A DNA stretch of 64,000 nucleotides from Octopus vulgaris (GCA_951406725.2 OX597822.1:40424001-40488000); one strand, 5' to 3'. Positions 28,112 to 40,790 are shown, counted from the stretch's first letter. The notes: a model not told the origin generated them from the letters alone. A program made the numbers and translations.

Positions 28112-28292
28112 TCGAAAAATACCTTAGGAACGAGAACCCAGGTTCGAAATTTCCCCAAGACACCTGATGAAGGCTGGAGGGTATATCAGCCGAAACGTTG
28201 TGTTAACAACAAACTAGATGAGGACAAATATCCATCAAATGTAAATAATGTTAATAATGTACATAATTCCTCATCTCTTAAATATAGAACTG
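27957..28292 (+). mobile_element. tRNA-headed SINE-like element containing a hammerhead ribozyme (family H, copy 1)
   Basis: A-box tagcatagtgg, B-box gttcgattcc, (AAT)n spacer, HHR at 28159-28204, 3' stem agatgagga/tcctcatct. Confidence 0.85.
28159..28204 (+). ncRNA. minimal type I hammerhead ribozyme, intact core
   Basis: gacac-CTGATGA-a-ggctg-loop-cagcc-GAAA-cg-TT-gtgtt; helix III reduced to palindromic AACGTT (dimer type). Confidence 0.8.
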
Positions 28293-28574
28293 CACATTTA
28301 TTTACTTGTATATGCAGCGGTAGTCACTCGGAGTGAGTTGAGCCTGGTTCGATTAACGAGTTCACCACATCCTCACAAATGCCGACCACACCGGACAAAT
28401 TCGGCAAATGCTCTCCTGGGAGAACAAGCAAGGTTCATGTTCGGACTTTCAGTGGGAATACACGTTCGTTTGTAGTCCTCAGTAACTTGCATAAAACTAC
28501 ATCGGCGAGAGTTGGACTAATGATCAATGAATTATAAACCAAAGTGGAAAGCCTGAACACTCCAATCATATAGA

Positions 28575-28900
28575 CCAGCGGTTCTCAACCTGTGCCCATA
28601 TGGCCCCTTAATGTCCCATATAAGATTTTGGGGGGGTCTACGCTACAAAATAGTAAATTGCGGATCCACAATAATGTTTTAAGGGCCCCTGAAAAAATTT
28701 TCCTTTAGATGTATATATTGGTACGTATTGCAAGAACTGAGGTTTCTTTCTCTGACATTTTACATAGTTCAACCTACACAAGTTAATATGTGAAAAGCAA
28801 AATAGGAATTTTGAAAGAAGTATCTATTACATTAGTTTTTTAACATTGAATGGCTAGGGATAGGGTACACCACAATAAAATAGTAATCACAGGAGTTCAT
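28575..28900 (+). mobile_element. hAT (Charlie-like) MITE fragment
   Basis: Begins cagcggttctcaacc; same terminus type as 38968-39212. Confidence 0.6.
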
Positions 28901-28912
28901 AAATAAAAGAAA

Positions 28913-29235
28913 TGTTTACATTATTTAGATTTGATGAATATTTGTCCTCATCTTGTTTGTTGTTAACACAACGTTTCGGCTGATATACCATCCAGCCTTA
29001 ATCAGGTGTCTTGGGGAAACTTCGAACCTGGGCTCTTATTCCTAAGGTATTTTTCGATGTTATTATTATTATTATTATTATTATTCGAGTCACCGCCTGG
29101 AATCGAACTCGGAATCATGGGGTTAGTAGCCAGCGCTCTTAACCACTACGCCATATACCAGTGTCAAGATGAGGAACAAATATCCGTCAAATGTAAATAA
29201 TGTACATAATTCCTCATCTCTTAAATATAGAACTG
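28913..29235 (-). mobile_element. family H copy 2: inverted body (29158-28913) plus a plus-strand 3' end with tail (29166-29235)
   Basis: tggcgtagtgg and gttcgattcc boxes; HHR at 28965-29010 has CTGATTA (G8U); the terminal aattcctcatctcttaaatatagaactg is present only in the plus-strand piece. Confidence 0.85.
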
Positions 29236-29640
29236 AATTTTTAAAAATAGTTGCGAACTCTTGATACAGACTCACAGGAATTCTACTTGCTATTGTCACA
29301 GATTGTTTCATTTTGGATTTGATGTAATATAACATGGCAGAAAGGTTGCAAATAAAATATCCAGTTGAGGGAGAATTTCTTGAAAAACAAAAAATACCTG
29401 TTACCTGGCTATGTTCCAAACTCTCTCCACCTCAACAACAACAACTATGCCGACCAATTTTTGCACCTGAAATTGATGCAATACTGGCAATGTAATGATT
29501 TTGAACAGTTGAGAAAATAACGGGAAATCAGAAATTACTCGTTTTACCACGGTTACTACTTTTGCACCCCATCACACATACACATACATGCATTCATACA
29601 TACATACGTACATACATACATACATACATACATACATACA

Positions 29641-29713
<73 letters not shown>

Positions 29714-29721
<8 letters not shown>

Positions 29722-30386
29722 TATTGAATTCCTAAATGTCTCAGAGAGACATAAGCGGTGGTGAAGCGATATAGTGGTCGTATACTGTCAACTCAATGTG
29801 ACAGACCCGTAAAGGGAATTACAGCACCGCCATTTAGCCCTAGGAAACATCGACGTCTCCTGTCGGCTTTGACATATATTCTGTGTCCTTATATTTGCAA
29901 AGGGGAGGCAATCACCCCCGCAAGCCGGGACAAGGCACCTGAAGACATATGTTTTTGAGTGTATTGCTCATCGTCAGTTCAGGGTAGCCTGCCTCGTTCG
30001 CTGAGATGACTGAGTTGACAGTATATGACCACTATATCGCTTCACCACAGCTTATGTCTCTCTGAGACATTTAGAAATTCAATATTTCTAATTTCGGTGA
30101 TCAGTAAATAAATTTTACTGATAATATGATATATTTGCAGAGAGGTTGCAGTCATCTCAGTTAGCGAGGCAGGCTACCCTGAACTGACGATGAGCAATAC
30201 ACTCAGAAACATATGTCTTCAGGTGCCTTGTCCCGGCTTGCGGGGGTGATTGCCTCCCCTTTGCAAATATAAGGACACAGAAAATGTGTCAAAGCCGACA
30301 GGAGACGTCGATGTTTCCTAGGGCTAAATGGTGGTGATGTATTTCCCTTACGGGACTGTCACATTGAGTTAACAGTATACGACCAC

Positions 30387-30390
<4 letters not shown>
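29714..30390. mobile_element. retrozyme-like/PLE-type non-coding element in (TA)n: inverted partial copy plus head-to-tail ~354-nt unit
   Basis: 29714-30010 is the reverse complement of 30151-30390 joined to 30011-30090; tgagtt.acagtata.gaccactatat recurs at 30011 and 30365. Confidence 0.9.
30178..30223 (+). ncRNA. minimal type I hammerhead ribozyme, fully conserved core
   Basis: cctgaa-CTGACGA-tgag-caataca-ctca-GAAA-catatg-TC-ttcagg; 6-bp helix I, palindromic helix III ACATATGT, GUC site; the mirror copy at 29938-29983 (-) has G12A. Confidence 0.9.
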
Positions 30391-30440
<50 letters not shown>

Positions 30441-30479
30441 AAGGAATTTTGTTAATTCGTCGTTCAACTCCATTCTTTC

Positions 30480-30528
<49 letters not shown>

Positions 30529-30576
30529 TATATATACATACATACATACATGCATGAATACATACATACATATATA

Positions 30577-31824
30577 TAGGGTGCGGTGAATAAACTGTTG
30601 TCTAAATAACGCAAGAATGAAAATAATACTGACATCTCATTTTGACAGATATATTTACCAAACTTACTTAAAAATATTTTCATATATAGGCGCAGGAGTG
30701 GCTGTGTGGTAAGTAGCTTGCTTACCGACTACATGGTTCCGGGTTCAGTCCCACTGCGTGGTACCTTGGGCAAGGGTCTTCTACTATAGACTCGGGCTGA
30801 CCTAAGCCTTGTTAGTGGATTTAGTAGACGGAAACGGAAAGAAGCCCGTCGTATATATGTATATGTAGAAATATATATATGTGTGTGTATGTGTATGTTT
30901 GTGTGTTTGTGTTTGTCCCCTCCCCAACATCACTTGACAACCGATGCTGGCGTGTTTACGTCCTCGTAAGTTAGCGGTTCGGCAAAAGAGACCGATAGAA
31001 TAAGTACTAGGCTTACAAAGAATAAGTCTTGGGGTCAATTTCCTTGACTAAATGTGGTGCTCCAGCATGGCTGCAGTCAAATGACTGAAACAAGTAAAAG
31101 TGTGTATTAAAGAGTAAATTTATTCAATAAAATCGTCATTGGCTTGAACCACGGCTTGCAGAAGACTTCAGAATCTCCTGCAACTCTTCTATAGGGTCTC
31201 CTTGCCTTAAGTTGGTGAATGCTGCCATAATCCTTCCCTTCAACTGCACCTCACACATAATAATCAAGGGAGTTGCAGTCTGGGGAGTTAGCGGTGATGT
31301 GGTCGCAGAAATTACCTGAGAGCCATGATTGGGTTCTCCTGCTTGCGTGGCATGGTATAGAGTCCTGTTACCAGATTTAGAGTCTCCCAACAACCACTGA
31401 CTTGATCCAGGACAGCACTGCCTTCTCCAGGCACATGTGTTGTAGGCCTCCGTGTTGAGACTGGAGCCGTGTGGGAAGATGAATGGAAGCATAACGTCGC
31501 CATCACTAGTGATCACTCCAAACACCATGATGTTGACTTGATGTTTGATTTTTATCACCGCGAGTGCATGTTTTGGAGAGACGGCAAGCACTAAGATTGC
31601 TACCCAAGCACTCTGAAATGTTCGCATATGAGCTTCAGGTGCGAATGTCCAGCAGTACAGCATGTCGTTTTCTAAATTTCTGGTTGAATGAATTGCGTCA
31701 AGGTGCTGTTTTTCTCACATACGGTGCCCTGCTGACCCTACTATACTGTCGACAAAATAAAAAAAACAATGCGCATGCGCGAAATTGAAATACAAAATTC
31801 TGACAATTTACCCATCGTATCCTG
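30577..31824 (-). mobile_element. maT/DD37D-type Tc1-mariner relic, internally deleted, interrupted by SINE A
   Basis: IMVFGVITSDGDVMLPFIFPHG, QDS.PCH.SRRTQSWL, SPDCNSLDYYV; imperfect TIRs agggtgcggtgaataaactgt and acaatttacccatcgtatcctg next to TA. Confidence 0.85.
30688..31100 (+). mobile_element. full-length SINE family A
   Basis: ggcgcaggagtggctgtgtggtaag (A box), ggttcagtccc (B box), internal TA/TG array, tail gactgaaacaagtaaaag. Confidence 0.95.
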
Positions 31825-31832
31825 TATATATG

Positions 31833-31879
<47 letters not shown>

Positions 31880-31888
31880 GTATGCATA

Positions 31889-31924
<36 letters not shown>

Positions 31925-32072
31925 TATAAGCTCCCTTCATGACGTCGAAGAGCTTTCCTCCGACGCTATCCCGCAGCAAATTTGGTCTATAAACAAAATA
32001 CAAACACGATGCATGTGTGACCGATGATATTTACATTAATAGAGATGCTTTTAACCCATAATTTAATATACA

Positions 32073-32118
<46 letters not shown>

Positions 32119-32229
32119 CGTGTGTGTGTGTGTATGTATATTTATATATATACACATTTATATGTATACAAAGATATGTAAATACATATATATATAAACA
32201 GATATATACATATATATTTACATTTATAC

Positions 32230-32276
<47 letters not shown>

Positions 32277-32774
32277 GATATGTATGTATATGTATACACA
32301 CACGCATATATGTTTGCATATATGCATGTCTGTATGCATGTGTATGTACGTACCTGCATGTATATGCGTACGTATTCATGCCTGTATGTATATATATATA
32401 AGAGTGTGTGCGTGTGTGTGTATGTGTATGAACGAGATAAAAGTGAAATGCAATGTCAATTATTTTTAATAAACAAAACGAAAGATTTAAGTTTAATGAG
32501 ATAATTGATCAAAGAACGAGCATTAAATTTCTATTAAGGCTTCATTTTAAAGAATGTGATCAAAACCCCAACAGATTACTGCTCACGCACCTAATTTGCC
32601 GAAGAATTGCATAGAAACAATTCTTATTGATTGTTGGTGTTCAAGAAGCATCTATGATATGCCAAGTTAATTAAGCTGTAGGCAAGACAATAAAGAATCT
32701 AGCTCTACAGGTATCTAATTCGATATCAATTTCCTTTTACGCCAATGTGGTGCCAATTTTATCTCTTTGCTGAA

Positions 32775-33018
32775 AGTGGCGAGCTGGCAGAATCGATAGC
32801 ACGCCGTGCATGATGCATAACGTCATCTCGTCCATCATTACGTTCTCAGTTCAAATTACTCCAAGATCGACTTTGCTTTTTATCCATCCTGGGTCGATAA
32901 ATTCGGCGTCGATTAAATAAGTACCAGTTACGCACTGGGTCGATATAATCGGCTTAATCCCTTTGTCTGTCCTTGTTTGTCTCCTCTGTGTTTAGCCCCT
33001 TGTGGGCAATAAAGAAAT
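32775..33018 (+). mobile_element. SINE family C
   Basis: ggcgagctggcagaatcg...taagtaccagttacgcactggg...ccccttgtgggcaataaagaaat. Confidence 0.9.
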
Positions 33019-33507
33019 ATATACATATATATATATATATATATGTGTATGTGTGTGTGTGTGAGTGTGTGTATTTCCCATACAGACACTAATATACATA
33101 TATATAAATATGTGTGTGCGAGAGAGAGAGAGTCAAAGCATAAATAACGGTCAGTACATATTTAATTTATTATGATAAATGTGACTGACGGGTGTTTCCA
33201 GTAGTCAATGACCATTAGAAACAGCTGTGAGTCAAATTTACTATAATAAATAAAATATGTTCGGACCATTATTTTACGCCTTGCTTTGTGCATCACTCTG
33301 TGTAAAAAGAAAAAAAGCTAATATAATTGGGAACACAATTATGCATTTATAATACAAAGTAGTGATGAAATACAACCTCGGACCCTGTCATCGGAATACG
33401 TGGAGTTCTTTACTAATTTAAGACAATATTGTTACCCAGGTATACTAAAAGAGAGCTTATAGAGTATTTTCCCTGGATAGATTTCTCGTTAATAACTCTA
33501 TTTTGAT

Positions 33508-33669
33508 ATGGCGTAGGAGTGGCTGTGTGGTAAAAAGCTTGTTTCCCAATAACATGGTTTTGGGTGTAGTCCCACTGCGTGGCACCTTGGGCAAGTGTCT
33601 TCTATTATGATCTGGGGACGACCAAAGCCTTGTGGGTGGATTTGGTTGACGGAAACTGAAAGAAGCCTG

Positions 33670-33672
<3 letters not shown>
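33508..33672 (+). mobile_element. SINE family A 5' half
   Basis: Consensus match up to the internal (TA)n. Confidence 0.9.
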
Positions 33673-33715
<43 letters not shown>

Positions 33716-33720
33716 ATTCT

Positions 33721-34057
33721 GAGACCCCCTTCGGTCACGACACATACCATGGGATTGCACGAAGTGAGTTACCCTCCCAGGCACAAGTCCGGGCAAGGTT
33801 GTTTCTGGAAGACCAGCAGTCGCCCATGCATACCGGCGTCCCCACTCCACGACACCAGTGTTATCCAAGGGAGAGGCAAAGGCCTATACAGCTTGGCACC
33901 TGTCACGTCACAACTCATTTCTACGGCTGAGTGAACTGGAGTAACGTGAAGTAAAGTGTCTTGCTTAAGAACACAACACGCAGCCCGGTCCGGGATTCGA
34001 ACTCACAACCTCACGGTCGTAAGCTTGACGCTTTAACCACTGAGCCATGCGCCTTAA
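33721..34057 (-). mobile_element. tRNA-derived SINE with family-B head and core but a different 3' body
   Basis: aaggcgcatggctcagtggttaaagcgtc...gagttcgaatccc...gtgttcttaagcaagacacttt. Confidence 0.9.
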
Positions 34058-34143
34058 CATACATATATACAGTTTATATGTATACATATATATACACACA
34101 TACACGTATATATACATGCATATTTAGATAGACAGACAGATAG

Positions 34144-34229
<86 letters not shown>

Positions 34230-34470
34230 GCGCACGGGCGCAACAGCATGTTACAATTGACAGGCTTTCGAAATTGCCAAAAAATGGACGAAAGATGATT
34301 AACGAACGATCTACAAAATGATTCCATTAGTGAAACTAAGAACAGTCTCGAAGATTAATGGTAACTATAACAACTTTTCCTAATTCGTAAAACACACACA
34401 CTCGAACACACTCACACACGCAACTCAAACGAACATATATTCACGCATGTGGCCAGATACACGTCATGCA

Positions 34471-35170
34471 TACGAGGTCTGATCAATAAGTATCCGGACT
34501 GCTGCTATACTAACGAAGCTAAAGCTCGCGGATTAAAGCCGCTGGGTACAAATTGGCCTTGACATCTGTTGTGCATGCGCACTAAGTTTTAACGTTCTAG
34601 CTCACTTCCTCTGGTTACAGCAGTGCTTCGAAGTAACGCGTGTAACATGTGATCGTCACTTTGACCATGACAGAGAAAGTTGTCATAGTGATACCTGCCC
34701 AGAGGCCTAAGAAAAGTTACAGAAATTTATGACGAGGAGTGTATGAGCCGCACACAAGTGTACGAGTGGTTTCCAAGATGACCGGAAAAATGTCGATATT
34801 GACGAACGTTCTGGGAGATCTACAACCAGCAGAACTGAGAAAAACATCACAGATGTGCGTGCAGCTGTGAAACGAAATCGTCGCATCACCATCCGTTAGT
34901 TATCAGAGGATGTGCAAATTAGTTACGGTTCAGTCCAGTCCATTATCACTGAAGATTTGGGTATGAGACGCTTGTCTGCCAAGTTTGTGACAAAACTGCT
35001 TTGAGCTGACCAAAAATACATTCGGGTTTCTGTTGCACAAGATATCCTTGATTGAACCGAGAACGATAAGACCTTTTTGAAAACTTTGCATAGGCCTCTG
35101 AGTAGGTATTGCTAAGCTTTTGGCAAAATTTGATGCAGATTCTCTGCTCAATTTTCTCTTATCCTCAATG
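34471..35170 (+). mobile_element. mariner relic (internally deleted)
   Basis: TA-cgaggtctgatcaataagtatccggac terminus; MSRTQVYEWF, DERSGRSTTSRTEKNI, EDLGMRRLSAKFVTKLL. Confidence 0.85.
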
Positions 35171-35214
35171 CGACATATATATATATACATACATATATAT
35201 TTATATACATACAC

Positions 35215-35246
<32 letters not shown>

Positions 35247-35742
35247 GGAGAGGTGAAAATTCACAAAACAACAAAAGACGAAGACAGGTGCCGCAGACAT
35301 GGGGAAGATCATACGTAATGATTGCATTTCCTATTATTATGTAAACCCGAACCGTACTTATTAAATGATTTCAAGTTACCACTATTTGGTTTCATTTCAT
35401 TATTACAAATAATACGACGACTCACTGCCAATACAAACTAGTCGGTTCAGACTCCGCTCGTGCGAATACTCCAACCACGACCGATTCGAAGTAGTTTGTT
35501 ACATTTGACTCGATTCGAAAATTCTGACACAGCGAACCGCTTCTTAAGCTTTTACACGAAAGATATATACAATCTTTTTTATTATAGAAACAAGGCCTGA
35601 AATTTGGTGGGAGAGGTTAATTGAATACATCAATCCCAGTGCTTGATTGGCACTATTTCATCGAACCCGAATGGATGAAATGCAAAGTCGGGACGGAACC
35701 CGCTATGCATATCGCCCGGCTGCCAGCTCACCGCCTTTGGAA

Positions 35743-35799
<57 letters not shown>

Positions 35800-35834
35800 C
35801 ACATACATATACACATACACACAGACACACACAC

Positions 35835-35869
<35 letters not shown>

Positions 35870-35888
35870 TACACTCACACATATATAT

Positions 35889-36255
35889 AGGCGCAAGAAT
35901 GGCTTTGTGGTAAGAAGCTTGCTTCCTAACCACACGGTTCCGGGTTCAGTCCTACTGCGTGGCACCTTGGGCGTTTGGGCTTGTGTCTTCTACTATAGCC
36001 ACGGGCCGACCAAAGTTTTGTGAGTGGATTTGGTAGACGGAAACTGAAAGAAGCCCGTCGTATATATTTATATGTTTGTGTGTTTGTTATTTGTGTCAGT
36101 ATTTGCCCACCATCACCATCGCTTGACAACCGATGTTAGTGTGTTTACGTTCCCGTAACCTAGCGGTTCGGCAAAAGAGTCCGATAGATTAAGTACTAGG
36201 CTTACAAAAATAAGCCCTGGGGTCGATTTGTTCCACTGAAGCAAGTAAAAGAATA
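35889..36255 (+). mobile_element. SINE family A
   Basis: Consensus match. Confidence 0.9.
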
Positions 36256-36257
36256 AA

Positions 36258-36315
<58 letters not shown>

Positions 36316-36355
36316 GAATACATTTGTGTCTGTATGTATGTGCGTATATTCATGC

Positions 36356-36386
<31 letters not shown>

Positions 36387-36672
36387 CGTGCTTGTGCATC
36401 ACTTTTTGTATCTAAGTGTGCGCGTTTGTGTACACCTAACATTGCACACGTATTTTTTTCCTCATTTCGGGAAAGGTATTAATCTTCTATGCCGTGGTAT
36501 ATGTGAGAATCTTCAATTTCCGTTCCACTACTCATATATCTGCTGTCATGGTTCCATCTAACAATCTAATTTAATTTGCTTCGGAATATTTCATGAGAAA
36601 TGTCACATTTTTTTTTTTTTTAGAATTGAATAGTGTGATGTGAAGTATTAGAGTATCTGCTACTGCCTGTAG

Positions 36673-36704
<32 letters not shown>

Positions 36705-36714
36705 TCTTTTATTT

Positions 36715-37038
36715 TTTTACTTGTTTCAGTCATTTGACTGCGGCCATGCTGGAGCACCGCCTTTAGTCTCTTTTGTCGAACCGCTAAGTTACGGGGACGT
36801 AAACACATTGCATCGGTTGTCAAGCGATGTTGGGGAGACAAATACAGAAACACAAAGATACACACACACATACATATATGCACACATATACACGACGGGC
36901 TTCTTTTAGTTTCCGTCTACTAACTCCACTCACAAGGCTTTGGTCGGCCCGAGGCTATAGTGGAAGACACTTGCCCAAGGTGCCACGCAGTGGAACTGAA
37001 CCCGGCACCAAGTGGTTGGTAAGCAAGCTACTTACCAA
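36715..37038 (-). mobile_element. SINE family A with internal deletion
   Basis: Consensus match. Confidence 0.9.
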
Positions 37039-37088
<50 letters not shown>

Positions 37089-37637
37089 AAATTAAATATT
37101 TAACGGAACAAGTAAATTAACTTGAGGCGTTTAGGTGTCTTGGAATTCTTTACTGTCATGGATAATAAATAATATATTCTAAGTTTTCTTAATCTTCAAC
37201 CATGAGAAACACATTTTAATGTTGCTTAAGACGGTAATTTACCGGAATAAAATTGTGAAAAATTGATTTCGTGACATATCTGCAATTGCCTAACATCTCT
37301 CGTCGTTCGTTTAATCCGTTCGTTGTCTTGAAAAAATATAATCTTGCTTAGTCGGAGAATGGAAATTACGCTATCGCAATATGAGATGGCGTGGTCGGGG
37401 ATCGATCGTTGAATTCTAAACGTCATTGAACGTGTTTTTTTTTTCTTTTCGCGCCTTCAAAAGTACACAGAAATCCCATTTTGTTTTTTGTTTTTTTTTG
37501 TTTTTTGCAGTTTCATAAATCTATTGAACGGTTTATAAAAGCGAACTTTAATCAAATGTCGGTTAAGCAATGTAATGTCTGATGGCAATGCTGTAACATG
37601 GTTGGATTTTAACACAATGTATTAGAGCTTTCAGAAG

Positions 37638-37726
<89 letters not shown>

Positions 37727-37861
37727 AACTAGGCATACTTATACAAATGTTTAATCCTAGTAGTAGTAACATCGGCTTCAGTAGCAACAGCAGCAACACT
37801 AGCAGCTGCAGCACTAGCAGCAGCAGCAGCAGCAACAGTAGCAGCAGCAGCAGCAGTAGTG

Positions 37862-37928
<67 letters not shown>

Positions 37929-37932
37929 TGGT
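37638..37932. repeat. facing (CTA)n and (CAG)n/(TAG)n arrays
   Basis: (cta)n at 37638-37726 and (tag)n at 37862-37923. Confidence 0.95.
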
Positions 37933-38659
37933 GTTTGGGAAGATATTTCATTATCTCTTCTAGCATATAACTCTAGTCCGGTAATTATTTTAACAGTTGC
38001 TATTTGCCGAATTGCTTGGTTTGGCAATCTAGACAACGACTCAGGTTTGCTTCTGGCCACTGTAAACATAGACACAATAACTTCACATTTAAATACAACC
38101 ATATATACAATTTCCATCTGTACCGTATCCATCTGGTAATATCCACTCGCGATATATTAGCCAAATCAATGTCGTTGCAGTGCAAGAATCAGGCAGTTAT
38201 AAAGTGGAACATCAGTGCCGAGGCCATGAAAAGCACTGCCTTTAGATATGAAGGTATAGTTTTTGTGTTGTGCATATCAAGAGGTTTTATCGTAATTTTT
38301 GTTTTATTGTAAAATGGCATCAATATTGTTAATCAATAAATAACCAGAAGGTTTTCTGTTTTGATTCTAGTCTTTTGGAAAGGCTATTTTGTTCTTCGAT
38401 TATAGAGAGAAATGCATTTAGAAACCTTTTGAAAATCCGGCCGGAATCTTTGGTCACGATTCCCAATCCTTGTAGGAGACAAATCTGTCCAGCTGCTAGA
38501 TAAGATCTGGGTTGTTAGGAGAGTGTGGAGGCGCAATGACCCAGACCGGGCGTTGTGTGTGTATATTGAGCAAAAACTCCTAAAGCTCCACAAGACCCCG
38601 GCAGGGGGTGGAAGCGAACCCTGCTGTACTCTTTCATCACAATTTTCTTTCACTCTTTC

Positions 38660-38850
38660 TTCCTGTTTCTGTTGTACCTTGTATTTCAAAGGCCCAACCT
38701 TTTCACACTCTATGTCACGCCGAATCCCTTACCCAGGTTAAGGAGTACACGTGTCTGTAGAGCGCTAGCCACTTGCACGTTAATATCACGAGCAGGCTGT
38801 TCTATTGATCGGACCAACTGGAACCCTCTTCGTTGTAACTGACGGAGTTT
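38660..38850 (+). mobile_element. SINE family B 3' part
   Basis: gtatttcaaagg...gccacttgcacgttaat..cacgagcaggctgttc...gacggag as at 5640-5810. Confidence 0.85.
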
Positions 38851-38967
38851 AACGATTAGGAGAGCAGGGTTGTAAGCTGTAATCAAAAGTTAGAAACACG
38901 ATAAACGAATTTCCGTGCGGTCACACTGAGCGTAGAGCATGCTAAAAGTTTGTGAATATATTTTTGG

Positions 38968-39212
38968 CAGCTGTTCTCAGCCGGGATCAATATGAACGTT
39001 GGAGGTCTATATCAAATTTGCTTTTAAAAATCTATGTGCAATGTATTGGTTATACTACAGTACACAAGATATTTTGATTATTTTTTAATACAATTCCTAA
39101 TAATATTAAATTATAAAAATATATGAATTTTTATACATTGGCTATGAGGGCCCAGTCAAGTCAAAAGGGAATCAAAGGGGTTCCATTAGAGAGAAATGGT
39201 TGAGAACCACTG
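38968..39212. mobile_element. hAT-like MITE
   Basis: TIRs cagctgttctcagcc and ggttgagaaccactg; no clear TSD. Confidence 0.65.
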
Positions 39213-39559
39213 CTCAACATGGTAATACGTTCTGGAAGAAACAGCAGCTATATTTCTCTCATATGACAGCTTTCCGTCTTAAGATTGGGTGAGAAGACGT
39301 TTTAGCAAGCTGCTAAAAATTTGTGAATATAAGAGAATCATTTATCTACAGAGAAGCTATGCCCAGGTCATGAACGTCTACAGAGTTTTAAGTGTTTCAA
39401 TGTGCAAAAGGGTATAATACATTGTTGCAAATTCTCTTGCTACAAGAGAAAACTTGTAAATTGGTGGCATTCTCCGACATGTTATTCACCCAGCTGTCTA
39501 TGGAGTCTAGGTTTTGTTGAAGCAAATAAAGTCGTTAATCTTCATCTCTGGCATCACTT

Positions 39560-40180
39560 TAGTACCTCAACAGCTATGGAGCTGTTGAGGGAGGATGATT
39601 AAATAAATTTGTGTATACAACACAGTGTGACAAGAAGGGGAACCCAGAATGCGTAGCTTGGAGATCAGAGAGTCTTTCTAGGTCAAGCCTTTACTTATCA
39701 GCATTGGACGATCACGGTTCGGGTACTACGGACATACGACGAAGAAAGTATAGCAGGAAAGAATCGCAAGATAGATTCTTCAAGATGGATTCTTTAAGGC
39801 TGTGAGCTGGCAGAAACGTTGTTGGCATGCCAGGCGAAATGCTTAGCGGTATTTCGTCTGCCGCTACGTTCTGAGTTCAAATTCCGTCGAGGTCGACTAT
39901 GCCTTTCATCCTTTCGGGGTCAATGAAATAAGTACCAGTTACGCACTGTGGTCGATATAATCGACTTAAACCATTTGTCTGTCCTTGTTTGTAGCCCCTT
40001 GTGAGCAGTATAGAAATAAGATGGATTCTTCAAGCCAAGCCGACCGGCAGGAGACCTAGGGGTAGCCCCTGAACGAGATGGTCGGAAAATATCCATAATC
40101 TTACGTTTAGCACTCCAGATGGAAAATGCAATGACGGTTGCTTCTAAGAGGGAAGAGGTGTTTGCCTGAGAACTCTGCCA
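39560..40180 (+). mobile_element. RTE-like LINE 3' fragment
   Basis: Resembles ESL.VKPLL..I.RS...YYGH and ILQAKPTGRRPRG.P.TRW.ENI. Confidence 0.7.
39798..40020 (+). mobile_element. SINE family C with ~17-bp TSD
   Basis: aagatggattctttaag (39782) and aagatggattcttcaag (40018) flank a full copy. Confidence 0.95.
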
Positions 40181-40593
40181 TCAAAATCCTTCTAGGAGGG
40201 CGGAGAAGAAGGGTGGACAGATTAATTTTTTTGTTAGGACTGCCCCTGTCGCCACTATTTGATATCGATCCTTTGCATCCTACAAATCCCAAGACTTAAG
40301 AATTCTGTTATACCAGTATTCTTAAGATTGTGTCGCAGAGCCCATAACTGTCATTGCGAAAGGCAGGGCGAAATTTAGGCTGCAATGGGTTCTCTTGTCT
40401 GGAAGTCAACAACCTACAGAAATATTTGCTTACTAACTTCAGAATATTTCATATCCTTCAACCGATTGAAAAGCGTAATGTAATACTTAACACACGCGCG
40501 CGCACACACACACACATACACACAAACACACACAGACATGCATATACATGTATTTATATATACATGCATATTTATATGAATATACATGTATTC

Positions 40594-40643
<50 letters not shown>

Positions 40644-40705
40644 TGCGTGCGTGCGTTCGTGCACGTATGTGTGTGTATATATGTTATATATATATATATA
40701 TATTG

Positions 40706-40790
<85 letters not shown>

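Larger units (their letters stand above)
26800..29500 (+). mobile_element. highly decayed RTE-like LINE RT remnant, host to several later insertions
   Basis: EEWRKSVIVAFTKTGN...ENQR, FQSGSRP, IAFVDF, VGLMIN...TK motifs in RT order. Confidence 0.6.

Noticed and set aside
30268-30330. HDV-like ribozyme or SECIS
   Set aside because: GGCUAA resembles J4/2, but no consistent P1/P2/P3 pseudoknot across the three copies; no AUGA/GA quartet
37638-37923. Hairpin from facing (CTA)n and (TAG)n arrays
   Set aside because: Complementarity follows trivially from simple repeats that are common in this window
37997-38044. 48-nt plus-strand exon (ttttaacag...cag|gtttgc)
   Set aside because: Weak donor and no recognised peptide; cannot be supported without RNA data
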